Positions 12,701-24,027 of a stretch of 64,000 nucleotides of DNA are shown piece after piece (position 1 is the first letter of the stretch; every line of letters starts with the position of its first letter). Under the pieces are notes generated by a model, which saw only the letters and a list, made by a program, of their open reading frames with translations, ran no database searches and had not been told where the DNA came from. The translations under genes and the position numbers were made by a program. This DNA is from Aplysia californica (taxonomy: Eukaryota). Where the stretch lies: positions 444,939 to 508,938 of the forward strand of contig NW_004797467.1 of assembly GCF_000002075.1 (NCBI RefSeq), given 5' to 3'.

Positions 12701-15700
12701 TCAGTAGTTCGCACAGTGTTACTCCTCATCACATGCTAAATCCTGTGGCGCCATGTGATGTTTCCAAGAAAACGGCCTCAAATATTGTTCCAGATCCTGA
12801 CACTATGTCTGCGAATGTTGCCTCTGATAGTGTATCCTGTCCTGCCATATCTAGTGACACATTGGAAAGTTTGACAGTCAGTTGTATGTCAGACTCTGCT
12901 GTTCTTGACATTTCAGAAAATGTTCCTTCTAACTGTTCTTCAAGTTCTTTTGCTTTTAACAATATCTCAGAGAGTTTTCTTCCTCAACATTTGCATTCTC
13001 ATTCTATACCAGGTAATCTTTCAGAGAATATGGCTCCAGATTGTGTGACAAAGCCATCAATGGGCGTCACTGACACAAAAACCAACAGTAACGTTTTGAC
13101 CAGTTCTCAAGTCTGTACATCTGAATGTGACCTAGTGGAGTCTTGTGGTTTAGGAAATCTTTCAGAGAATGTAGCTCCAGACTGTGTGACAAAGCCACCA
13201 ATGAACATAACTAATGTCCATACCAGTGGTGACATTTTGACCAGTGATCAAGTCTGTACATCTGACCATATGGAGTCCAGTGGTTTAGGCAGTGTTTCAG
13301 AGAATGTCACCCCAAACAGTGTGACAAAACCATCGGTTGATGTCACCTCAACACCAAGTGGTGGTGATATCGACCCCATGGAGTCTGGTGGTTCCGAATT
13401 TACCAAACAGAAGCCAGGGCCTCGTTATGTCTTCAATATTGAGTGCAATACTTTAGCCCGAGGTCTGGCAGAAGTAGGTTACTGTCTCCGTGATGACTGG
13501 AGCATTGTGAAGATTGGTACAGAGGTCAAGAGGGGTGCTCATATCTCAGTGGCTGACCAGAAGATGGACAAAAGGAGCAGCAGGCTAGACAGTGACCAGT
13601 TGCTGGATTTGAGACCAGATTTGTCTAACCATGAGTCACCTGATCAAACTGGGAATTTGTCAGAGAAAATGACGAATGTTTTGTCATCTTCCCTCCCTGC
13701 TAGTTATTTCAGTCGGAGAGATGGAGAGATTGTCAAGATACCCGATGGTTATATTGTTAGGAAGAATGGGCGTTTGATGAAGAAGCCGGGGCCAAAGCAA
13801 AAATTACCAGTGTCCCTTGAAAGTGGCAGTCAGTCCAGACAACAGAAGTCCCAGTCCCCTTCAAAGAGTGTGAGCCCTGTGTCTAAGTCTGTTTTACCTG
13901 AGAGGTATGTGACAAGGAAAAACTTACGATTGATGAAGATACCCAGTCCAAAGCAGAAGCCATCTTTCTCCCCTGTGTCTGCATGTGGAAGTGAAAGAGA
14001 ACGAAAACAAAATGTTCCTTCTGAGTCACAAAACTTTGGCTGTGTGGAGTCTCAGAGTCCTGGATTTGTGTTAAAACAAAATGCACTAGAAGGGTGTAAG
14101 GGGAAGAAAAGGGAGCAATTGGAGAAAAAATCTGAGTCACAGCTAAACTCGGTTGAATCTCCAGGAGGAAGAAGTAGTACAGAGAGAGGAATGGCTCTTC
14201 CGGTCTGCCATGTCAGTCCTGGAGCTATGCCAAAGCAGGTCATACCCGAGGGATATATTTTGAGGAAAAATGGACATTTGATGAAAAAACCTGGTCCGAA
14301 ACCTAAAGTTTCAAAGGGTGAACCAGCCTGTGGATTGTCAGCTCTGACAAAGTCATGTGAAGGAGGTAGTGGTGTGGGGACACCTGCTTGTCAGAGACCA
14401 CAGGATGATGTGACTGGGGAGAGTTTACTGGGATATGGGAACGTTGAACTGATCAATGATGCAGGCATTTCTTCAGTACCAGACTTTTCTCAGCTGAAGT
14501 TTGAAGTCGCTTCACAGAACGCAGCTCAAGCCATGAAGCTAAAACTAGGGAAGTCTGAGAAACGTGATGAGGGAGCATTGAAAGAAGAAAGCAATGAAGC
14601 GGGTCCATTGAGTTCTACATTAGTTCATGACAGCGTGTTAAAAGATGAAGTATTTACAGTTATTGGACATGCAGCGGATAATGTGATAATTCCTGAGGGA
14701 TTTGTGCTGAGGAAAAATGGTCGACTGATGAGGAAACCTGGACCTAAGCCAAAAGGGACCCCCAAAACTCCTGACAAGTCAAAGAATAGAGTAGATGTGA
14801 AGGACAGCTTGCCCGAGAAACTGTGCAGGGCTGAGACACATCACAATGTCAACTCAGAGGCTGGAAGTAAAGAGAGCCTCTCCCACAGTCAGGGCTGTTC
14901 TAAGGCAGTCTGTAAAGTTTTCAAGACAGCTCAAGGGAACTTGTCCATGAAAAAGAATGATGTACCTCTCAAAAGATCATTGGCTGCTAAGCACGGCCGA
15001 CTGATCAAGAAAGCCAGTGGGAGAAGAAAAAATGGGCATTCAGAAGGCGTCTGTGATAATGGCATGCTGTCCGCGTCTTCCCTGGTGGGTAGAGAATCTG
15101 TCACACCCAAGGGAAATATTCTCCCAACACTGGCTGCACTTCAGGACAGGGCGAAATCAGGGGGTCAGGGGGCAGCGATCGAGAACTGTGTGGGTAGGAA
15201 AAGGAATGGGTTTGATTCTACTGAGAGTGACGCTACTCCAATGAAGCTGATCAAAATGTCCCAAAGTAGTGGCAGAGATGGCAACCCCTGTGATTTCAAC
15301 AGCGATGATGTTTTTGAGACAGAATCCTTCTCATCACCTCATGGCATTGGCTTTGATCACTGCTGTCCACGAACCGAGAGAAAATCCTCAGGAAATCCTA
15401 AAATGTCGAAGGCTTCCACTCTTGAGGAAGTACCGGATGGATACTTTATTACAAAAACTGGTCGACTTATGAAAAGACGTATCCAGAAAACAAAGCTTAG
15501 CTCTGACCATGCGCACACCCCAAGCCTTATCAATGCTAATGTCAGACAGAGAGGCTCATCAGCCGACCAGACCTGGATGGCTCTCACTGAATCTCTTAAC
15601 CCCTCAGCACCTTCCTCTTTTCCAACATCAGAGGAGATAAAGTATACTCCTGTGTCCCACACATATTTTCAGCAGCAGATTTCGCTGCAGAGTTGTACCA

Positions 15701-18129
15701 CTGGTGTCTCACCGAGCTGTTTGCCTGAGACTTCTTTGCCTCAAATGCAGGTGAACTCTGAGGTAAATGCTGAATCTGTGCCCCTTTGTAAAGAGGAAGA
15801 CAGTTACGTGCAGCAATGGAACATTCCGTTCTCACAGTTTTCAGCTTTAAATCTTCCTCCCTCTGAGTATTCTACAGAAACTCATAGTCTCACATCTGTT
15901 GTGGAAAGACGTATGCAGCTCATGGCTCAGAAAACCAAACAGGTAGTGGCTAAAAAGAGCTCTGTGAAGAGAAAGGTTAGCAAAACAAAGACAAAGAATC
16001 CACCTCCAAAGAGGAAGAAAACATTCATAACTGCGCTGATCAGTGAAATACCTGAAGGTTACATCATCAACAAACATGGATACTTAGTCCGTAAACCAGG
16101 CCCGAAAGCAAATGCAGATGTAGCGAGCCAGAACCCAAAGACTGAGAAGACGAAGTACCCAAGCAGGCAGAGAAAAAAGGACGGGATGGTCAGAAAAGAG
16201 TCTCCCTCTGTCAGTGAGAAGCCAAACCAGATCAAGAAAAGACATCCTCACAACAACCTAGCAGACAAAGAAAAGAGGCCAGATTTTCAAGTGCAGGAAC
16301 AGAAGCAGAAGGGGGCAGAATGGGAAAGAAATCCCAACATTCCATTTGGCCACATTCTCACTAAGGCTGGACGTGTTGTGAAAAAACGAGGACGTAAGCC
16401 AAAATTTGTTACTGGAAATTCTTTGAGAGGGGGTACAAAACATAGGAGGAAGCTTTTTGGGAATGGAATGAAACTCGCAGGTTCATTGTTTAAGGAACAG
16501 GCAAAGCAAAATTCCTTCCTTGGGGGTGAGTTTCCCCATAGTGAGTGCTGTGAGATAAAACAACAGAGAGGGAAGGACCGGGTATGTGACAGGAGTAAGC
16601 ACGGTACTCACAGCTTTCAGGAGGCAACAGCACACTCACAACAGCACTCCGGTCCTGGTTCTTCATATGAACATCAGGAAAATTTGATGCATTCATTGGT
16701 AGTGTCATCATCCTCTCAAAGCGCAACAGACTTTCAGTTTTGTCATACTGATACAGTAGATTGTACCACAGAAATGAGGACTCTTCATTCATTGCCATCG
16801 CCGGCTGAACAGGTCGCTCATTCCCTTGAAAACAGCAATACCTTGTCCTTGAAAGAAGTGAACGAAACACCAGCACTAGTTACCTCCAGGGCTGAATCAT
16901 CGACAGCAAATATCAAGAAAAAGTCAGGGAAACTAGCTTCAATGCCTGAGATGTCAGGTGAATGCTTGGGACTCAAATCTCAGATGATTCCTGAAGGTTA
17001 TATCATTTCAAAAGATGGCCGCCTGATTCGTAAACGTGGACGCAAACCGAAGTGTCTCAGTCAAGACTGCAGTAACAAAACTATAAATAGGTACAAGAAG
17101 AGCAAAGTTAATGAGGGCCCAGAAGGGTATATACCCCAAAAAAAGAACCATGTGATGAAAAAAAAGCAGTTGAAGTTTCCTAAAAATCAGAAGAGAGAAA
17201 TAAAGCTTAACAACCATTGGTCAAAGACAAAGGGAACTTCAGGAGAGCAGCCAAATGACAATCCATTCCTGGAGCCTACAAAAACCGCCAACAAACTCAT
17301 ACCCCATGGCTATATCGTGAACAAGCATGGACATCTCCAAAGAAAACCTGGGCGCAAACCCAAGAGACAGCCCGAATCTGCTCCAAAAGGCCTGGGCGCA
17401 GCTACTGGAGCGAAAAACGGGAGCAGAAAGGTTGTTGGGCGCGAAAGTGTGGCAAAACGGGAAGGAGAAGAAAACTGTTCTCAGGGACGAGATGCTCCGG
17501 CAAAGGAGGAAGCCAGGAGGAAACGGATGTCTGGAAGGATTGTTTACAAACCCAGACATACGGACAGTTTTACCGGAGCTGTGCCACCACAGTCGTCTCT
17601 CTCAGCAGCTGATGTCTATCTTGACCTTTCTCAAGCAAATGTTGATCTCGTCAATCAATGTGACATGCATCTGCTTCCTGTTCCGCAATCTTTCGAGGCC
17701 AGTGCAACTCCAATGTTATTTCCAAAACAAGAAGACAGTGCATCCCCTCCATCAGGGGAGCGGTATGTCTCAAACACATCCCTAGTGGAGGAGTCGGGGA
17801 TCCTTGTTGGTTGTGTGGGGTCGTCAGAGGAGGGGTCTGCTCAGACGGTTCTTTCTTCTGAAGACATTGGATTTGTCCAACCAGAGATGGTCACTGCCCC
17901 AGCTTTTATCTATTGCTCCCCAATGCCTGTGGAGGGTAGCGCATCTAATCTGTTGACGAGTCCTGTTTTTGTAATGACAAATAACTCCTGGGGGTTTGGA
18001 GGACAGCTTGAAGAGAGCGAGACGAAACTGACAGATGTTACGTCGGTACAACCAGAAGTAGGAGTAGAGAGTTTTTCTGGTTGTGACACGGAACTGAAGC
18101 AGGAGGAGGAGGAGAGTAACTTCATGTGA
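6766..18129 (+). CDS. large C2H2 zinc-finger protein (12 fingers) with AT-hook-like repeats, join(6766..7100,8142..18129), ~3440 aa
   Basis: ATG at 6766 in AAAATGG context after CAG acceptor at 6749; phase-2 intron (CAG|GTATGT ... CCCTAG|A) yields FR-CKVC; 12 CxxC-x12-HxxxH-type fingers at 8143-9147 with GEKPF-like linkers; ~10-kb open exon to TGA 18129. Confidence 0.92.
13010..13350 (+). repeat. three degenerate in-frame tandem repeats (GNLSENxAPDCVTKP...) within the ZNF coding exon
   Basis: Repeated peptide and nucleotide blocks at ~13012, ~13153, ~13288. Confidence 0.8.
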
Positions 18130-18535
18130 ACTCTGGCCTTGACTTTGACATTGACCCCAACACGGCTTCTCTGTTCTATTTTTGGTGATCTGCAGCTTTT
18201 GAAATACAACGAAGCACTTTGTATTCAGTGAAACCTCACTCTCAACTCGGTGGGAATTTAGGCTTAAACTCTGAGTGAGTAAGCAGGGTCTTGTTGCCAT
18301 TCTTTAGTTGTCATAATGTCCTGGGTGCTGAGTCAGCAAGAAGTTGATTGCCCAAGAGGGCAAAGTTTTTATAGAAGTTTTGTGTTAATAATAATATGTT
18401 CCTTTTAGTAAGATCTATTGTCACAAAATAAGTTTTTATTGCAGCTTCTTTGAGTTCGTTATTGTTACGAATATTTACTTGCTATGATTTTATAGTGTCG
18501 CACGAAGGAGTCTCGATGTTGTACCAAGAAGATAT

Positions 18536-18705
18536 GTGAGTGGTTGGAAGGTGCTCAGGTGTGTTTTGTTCCTTCTTTCCTGTCAAGCATGTCATCCGTA
18601 TTTCTCCATATTTGTGTTCGTTACTCTCTTGTAACACCTCTAATTTTGTGCACTTACATACAAGCTAATTGTCCTGCAAGTACCATAAAACTTTTACTAA
18701 AACAA
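18536..18705 (+). mobile_element. diverged copy of ~175-nt short retroposon (type A) in ZNF 3' UTR
   Basis: GTGAGTGGTTGG...TTACTCTCTTGTAACACCTCTAAT...ACTAAAAC matches the family consensus. Confidence 0.7.
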
Positions 18706-19188
18706 AAAGCAGAAGATCAGATATGACTTTCTTTATTTTCATGTGGGGAGTTTATTATTGAGTGTTTTCTGAGTTTTCATCTGTCTGCTGGGACATTGTG
18801 TATCTTTCTTGCCTGGGTGATCTAACACTAACAGGCAAGGTTAGAAGAGCGGCCCACCTCCTAAATGATCTTGATACATATTCTGCCAATGGGGATGTGA
18901 AACACCTACACCACAACCGTTTTGTTTTTCACAAAAATTGGTTGTGAGGATGACGTTTTTGTCACTTTAGTCAGGTAAAACGTGTTTGTGTGTGTGGATG
19001 CATTTAATTTGTGTGAGCATGTTGAAGTTTGGTCATTATGAAGTGACTTTTTTTTATTGTGAAACAAGTGTATGTGTGTGTGCGCACGTGTGTAGTGTGT
19101 GCATGTATATATGTGGAAGAGAGAGAGAGAGAGATTATTATTAGCATGTCATGTTCCCTTGTCAAAGCATTGAGTTTATTATATGGTT

Positions 19189-19194
19189 AATAAA
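19189..19194 (+). promoter_or_regulatory. probable polyadenylation signal of ZNF gene
   Basis: AATAAA followed by T/GT-rich tract. Confidence 0.45.
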
Positions 19195-19934
19195 ATTGTT
19201 ACTTTTTTTCGTCACTTTTGTATTTTGAAACGGGTTTGTTTGTGCCTTATTGCCGCTTATGTTTATGTTTGTCTGATCAACTACCTTTTGTGTTGGTTTC
19301 TCAGCATGGATGTTGATGAAAGGCCTTGCTATTTATAGTCTCTGCACTCTTGAGTGGTGGAAATGTAGGTTTGTTTTTTTTACATAAGTAGGCCTATTTA
19401 GTATTTAGTGCCCATGTGTGTGTTCAATGTGCAAATGATCAAGCAGGTTGTTTGGCACCACTGGTAGGTCCTACATTTTTTTCTTTCCCTCTGTTGTATC
19501 TATCCATCTCACTTTTTCTTTTCCTAAAACTAAATAAATCTGGCTATTATTTATTGTGTTGAAGTTGAACTTGAAGTGCCTCTTTTCCTTAAACAAATGA
19601 AGCAAAGGATCGCACAAGACCCCTGAATTCAAAGAATGAGGGGAGAGCTTTTATTAAGATCTCTTGAAACAAGTTCAGAACAGAACTCACAATTTGGTAT
19701 TCGAACCAGTGCCATCAGCACGATGGTCCGACTGTCGCTGTCACAGGACACACACAGGACATTTAAGAGTTTAAGTTTCTCGACTTTCACTTTCAATGGG
19801 AAGACCAGCAGGGTAGTCACAGTGGATAAACCCGAGGACATCATCCATCTAACAGTAACTGGGAACTTGAACTAGGCTCTTTGCCAGGAGAGGCAAGGAC
19901 CATGCTTTAAACTACATTTAAACGGGATTTTTAC

Positions 19935-20102
19935 GTGGGTGGTTGGTCTGATGTGGTTTGCCTTTTCTTTCATACCAAACGGTTATCGGTTATCGTCCTA
20001 TTCTGTCCTTTTTTGTGTTCATTTTTCTCTTGTAACTTAATGTAACACTTCTAATCTTTGGCATCTATGTGACCTTATTAAGTTGCAAGTGCTGTAAAAC
20101 TA
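19935..20102 (+). mobile_element. diverged type A short retroposon
   Basis: Starts GTGGGTGGTTGG, ends GACCTTATTAAGTTGCAAGTGCTGTAAAAC. Confidence 0.7.
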
Positions 20103-20105
20103 ATG

Positions 20106-20472
20106 CAGTGGAAACCATAGAGACCCGGTAAAAATCCCTGTTTTTTTTCTACTCTTTGTCTCTATTAAAAGTTACCGGCCTAACAGGGCCTCATAGCAGC
20201 CCAATCGGTTATAGCAGGGACAAAGGCTCATTAACAATGTGTAAAAGGTAAGAGAGGAGAGAGAGAGAGAGAGAGTAACACAGTGATGGAGCAAGCCACG
20301 CCACTGCAAGTTGGTGAAGCGAAAGAGGGCTGCGGTGTGCTGCAAACTTTGATCTAGCCCTCACATTAGTCCACAAAAGCTTACTTCCCTTGCATTTCTG
20401 ATTTAACAGGGATCTGATGTAACAGGACTTTTTCTCTGGTCCCACCATCCCTATTATACCAGGTTTCCACTG
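20106..20472 (-). mobile_element. pogo/Tigger-like MITE, deleted sibling of 44685-45193
   Basis: TIR CAGTGGAAACC/GGTTTCCACTG, TA on right flank; reverse-complement similarity to 44685-45193. Confidence 0.85.
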
Positions 20473-20752
20473 TAAAACAAAGGATTTTATCCTCAAGGTC
20501 TGCTGAATTGATGTAAATGTAAAGGATGTCAACAAAATTGCTACGATACAAAAAAGTACACCAACAACTCCCACTTAGTCGACCAGAATGTAGATCACTG
20601 GGAACTGAGGAGTTTCACCCTGACTGTATTAATATACATGTAATAGTAGTAGTAACTTTGCGAACTCCCTGTATATCATGAGCCTGGAGCCTTCAAAACA
20701 ACATTTGGTAAAAGGGCACAAGAAAAACAATCTAGAACTAAGAACTGAAATA

Positions 20753-23154
20753 CAGTCGAGCACAGATAAAACTCCGACACATTGTGGGCGGACAAATGTG
20801 TTCAACGTCCAGAATTCAAATATAAGGAAGTGCTTATTTAGGCCACATATGGCCTAAATAAGGTAGGGGGGGGGGGGTGGGCTTATTTAGGCCACACATG
20901 CTCAAACTCAAACTACCCTTTTCTGGCAACGGAGTTCGTTCCACTTTCGTAATGGTGCACCTTTCTCATTTAGTACAGTTTTGTCTCAGTGTACAACAGT
21001 ACAACTTATAAACCATAATCATTAATGAATATTGTAAGACCAAAGCACAATCCGCAAAATTTTGCTCAATCCCAATGGTTTGAATGAGGGCCAGATTTTT
21101 CCTTCATGGAGGGGCAAAAGCTAGGCTACCATTTTAGCACACTTTGGTCAAGTGAAAGGTCAAATCCTCCGAATGGACTTGCGGGTCAAATTTGGGGTAT
21201 AAAAAGTGTGTACTCAACGTGGCTGAGTCAAAGTTACACTATCTTTGCCTGAGTGGCACTCTCTCGTACTGTTTCGTATTAGTACATGTAGTAGTAGTAG
21301 CAGCAAAGACCGTGTAGAGAAACTTTAGTAGTAGATTCTATCTAGTAGGCAGTTTAGTGAACGTGCAAGCGGCAGGGCGAATCGGCCGCGATAAGCCCCA
21401 TAGACTTTTGTGATCGGCCACGAAACCTCGTGTTTCGATGGGTCTAAACAACTCAGTGTTAATCGCACTGCCACATCCGACAGGCCTACATCTTTTTAAA
21501 AGAAAAAGACATATCATCGAAATGGTTGATTCGCGTGAAAATCGATTCAGTAGAATTGAAACTATTAAAATTTGCTTCTGAAAACAAGGCAATTTTTATA
21601 AATCGAAATAAAAACTACTGGCTGTGTTATTCGTATAAATTATGAAACTGATCTACTGATTTCACTACGTTGACCCCTGGGTCCACCAATCCTTAGTTAA
21701 ACCTAGATCTACTTATAATTTCACTACGTTGACCACGGGCTCCGCCAGTCCTACTATAAAATAAACTGAGGTCTACTTATTTCACTATGTTGACCCCGGG
21801 GTCCACCGATCCTTAGTTAATTAAACGTAGATCTACTTATTTCACTACGCTGACTCCTACAACCTACCATTTTGTAGGTAGACCCCGGGGTCCACCTATC
21901 CTTTTGGCTAGATAGACCCCGTGGTCCGCCTATCCATTTCCTTGATAATAACTGAAAACAATACATGCCAGTTGTCATGAATAGAAGGGAAGAAAAATGT
22001 GAAAAAAAAAGATAATGAGGTAGACCATAATTTGTCCAAAATATTGCAAGTGCAAGTGAAGATCATAATATAATTTTGTTATTTTCTGGTCATCTTTTCA
22101 TCACGGTTTATAAAATGTTCCAGTGGGCCTACTAATACATCTATGTCTCTGAAGAACATTTTGCTTGACTTTATTAGCTTTTTTCATGTACTTGAAAGCA
22201 TAGAATATACAGCTTCACACAAATGTATGCACAATACTTTGAAAAAGAAAGATAAGGTCATTGTTGTTTTTTTAACGGAATCCGTTTTACGTCGAGAAAA
22301 GCGTTAAAAACAAGTAAAAAAATTTTAAGAATGCCCATAATATTAGGAATCCGAAATTACTACCTTGATCTAGTTGGCTTACTCTTTAATAACTATGAAC
22401 AGTTAAGAAAAAAAAAGAGAATGATATAGGATTTGTCTAAATATGACCATTAGCAATAAAGATATTGCCCATTTTGTCCAATTATCCTTGCAGGTAAAAA
22501 CACCCTGTACTGTACCTCAATAAGCACAAAAAGAATATTTCTGTGACTTTTTATAAAGGTGTTTTGTAGTTGAGTTCTATGTAAAATTCTCAACAAAATA
22601 ATGTGCATTTGGACCGTACAACTGAGATAGACACTCATGCACACAATAACATTCACACATTACCCACACACACACACACACATCACTATTACATTTACTC
22701 TCTCTCTCTAGATCTCTCTCTCACCACAACCACACACAAAACAAACACATACACACACACACTCCCACACACACACACAAAGAACTCTTACCCTTGGTCC
22801 ACTTTTCATTTAGTATCATCCTCTATTTTGAAATAATCCCCTGCGCTAAACAAAAAGATCAGTAGAATCTCGACCTTCCGAATCAATGGTTAGTTCAAGA
22901 AATCTACCATATGATGAGGCCTAAATAAGGTAAGGAAGGGAGGTGGGATTAGCTTATTTGGGTAATATGTGGCCTAAATACGGTAAGGGAGGGGGGTTTA
23001 GCTTATTTAGGCCACATGTGGCCTAAATAAGGTCACCCTTCAAATAAACGGACTACAATGAAATATCAAAGAGATATCAGTCAGGGAAATGGCAAACTGT
23101 ACGAGCTATCCATGATTTCGAGTTTTCCGTTTTCGTGTTATCTGTGCTCAACTG
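20753..23154. mobile_element. pogo/Tigger-like MITE carrying a nested ~2.2-kb TIR element (~20824-23040)
   Basis: TA|CAGTCGAGCACAGATAA ... TTATCTGTGCTCAACTG|TA; inner ends CTTATTTAGGCCACATRTGGCCTAAATAAG; short sibling without the insert at 28116-28259. Confidence 0.8.
21650..21940. repeat. ~60-bp tandem repeat (4-5 copies)
   Basis: GATCTACTTATTTCACTACGTTGACCCC-like unit repeated. Confidence 0.85.
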
Positions 23155-23482
23155 TAATCTACATGTGTATTTTTTCCTATCTCACCACCAGTGAAAACAC
23201 CAGGTGTAGTGGAAACTAAATGCAGAGCAGCCTCTCTCGGGACCAGAACAAAATGTCGCTATAGAGAGGCAACCAAAAATATTACTAATGTGTATGAAAA
23301 AATTGGGACCTGGAAACCATGTCGCTATACAGAGGATGTTGTTATATCAAAGGTCGTTGTAGAAAGGCAGCACTGTACCAAAACCTCTTTTTTGGCAAAA
23401 CTGTTTCAATTCCTTTTCTGCTGATACTAAACTAAAAAGCACTTCAGTAACGCAACACAATAAAAATACAATGCATATAATA

Positions 23483-23488
23483 TTTATT
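23483..23488 (-). promoter_or_regulatory. probable BOP1 polyadenylation signal
   Basis: TTTATT on + (AATAAA on -) ~385 nt after the stop. Confidence 0.5.
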
Positions 23489-23873
23489 CAAAGTCCCTTT
23501 GCATTCATGTGCAGAAATGCTATGATGACACTGTCTTTTCTCTCAATCATGTACACAACCTGATTGTACTGAATTTTGCATGCTCTTTGTTTCTCCCAAT
23601 CATGTGTACAATATGATTGTACTGTGATTTCTGCGTTTGTCCCAAAGAAAACATACAGTCAGATCGTATTGTGTTCTGTGCTTCTCCCTATAATCACATG
23701 TACAATCTAATAGAGCTGTGTCACTGTACTCTGCGTTTACCTCAATACCACGTACATATTATTAATCGTGTAGTCTAGTATTTCTGTGAGTTCTGTGTTT
23801 GCCCCAATGCCACGTTTACCGGTACTCTAATCGTGCAGTGTTTGTGTGTGTGTCCTGTGTTTGCCCCCTCCAA

Positions 23874-24027
23874 TCAAACATACAATCGAATCGTGCTGTC
23901 TGCCCCACTAGAGAACACCCAGGGCTGGAATGGGTGGAACTTGCAATCCAGGACAGACAGATGGTTGGTGGTCTTGTGGCCCCGGAGAACCTTGACTGTC
24001 ACAATGAGAGGGTTCAGAAGCTGGTCA
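23874..24027 (-). CDS. BOP1: BOP1 exon 20 (terminal)
   Basis: [17 protein letters not shown]...[21 protein letters not shown]. Confidence 0.95.

Noticed and set aside
8539-18300. Antisense and alternative-frame ORFs over the ZNF exon
   Set aside because: Shadows of the long coding exon with no recognisable motifs
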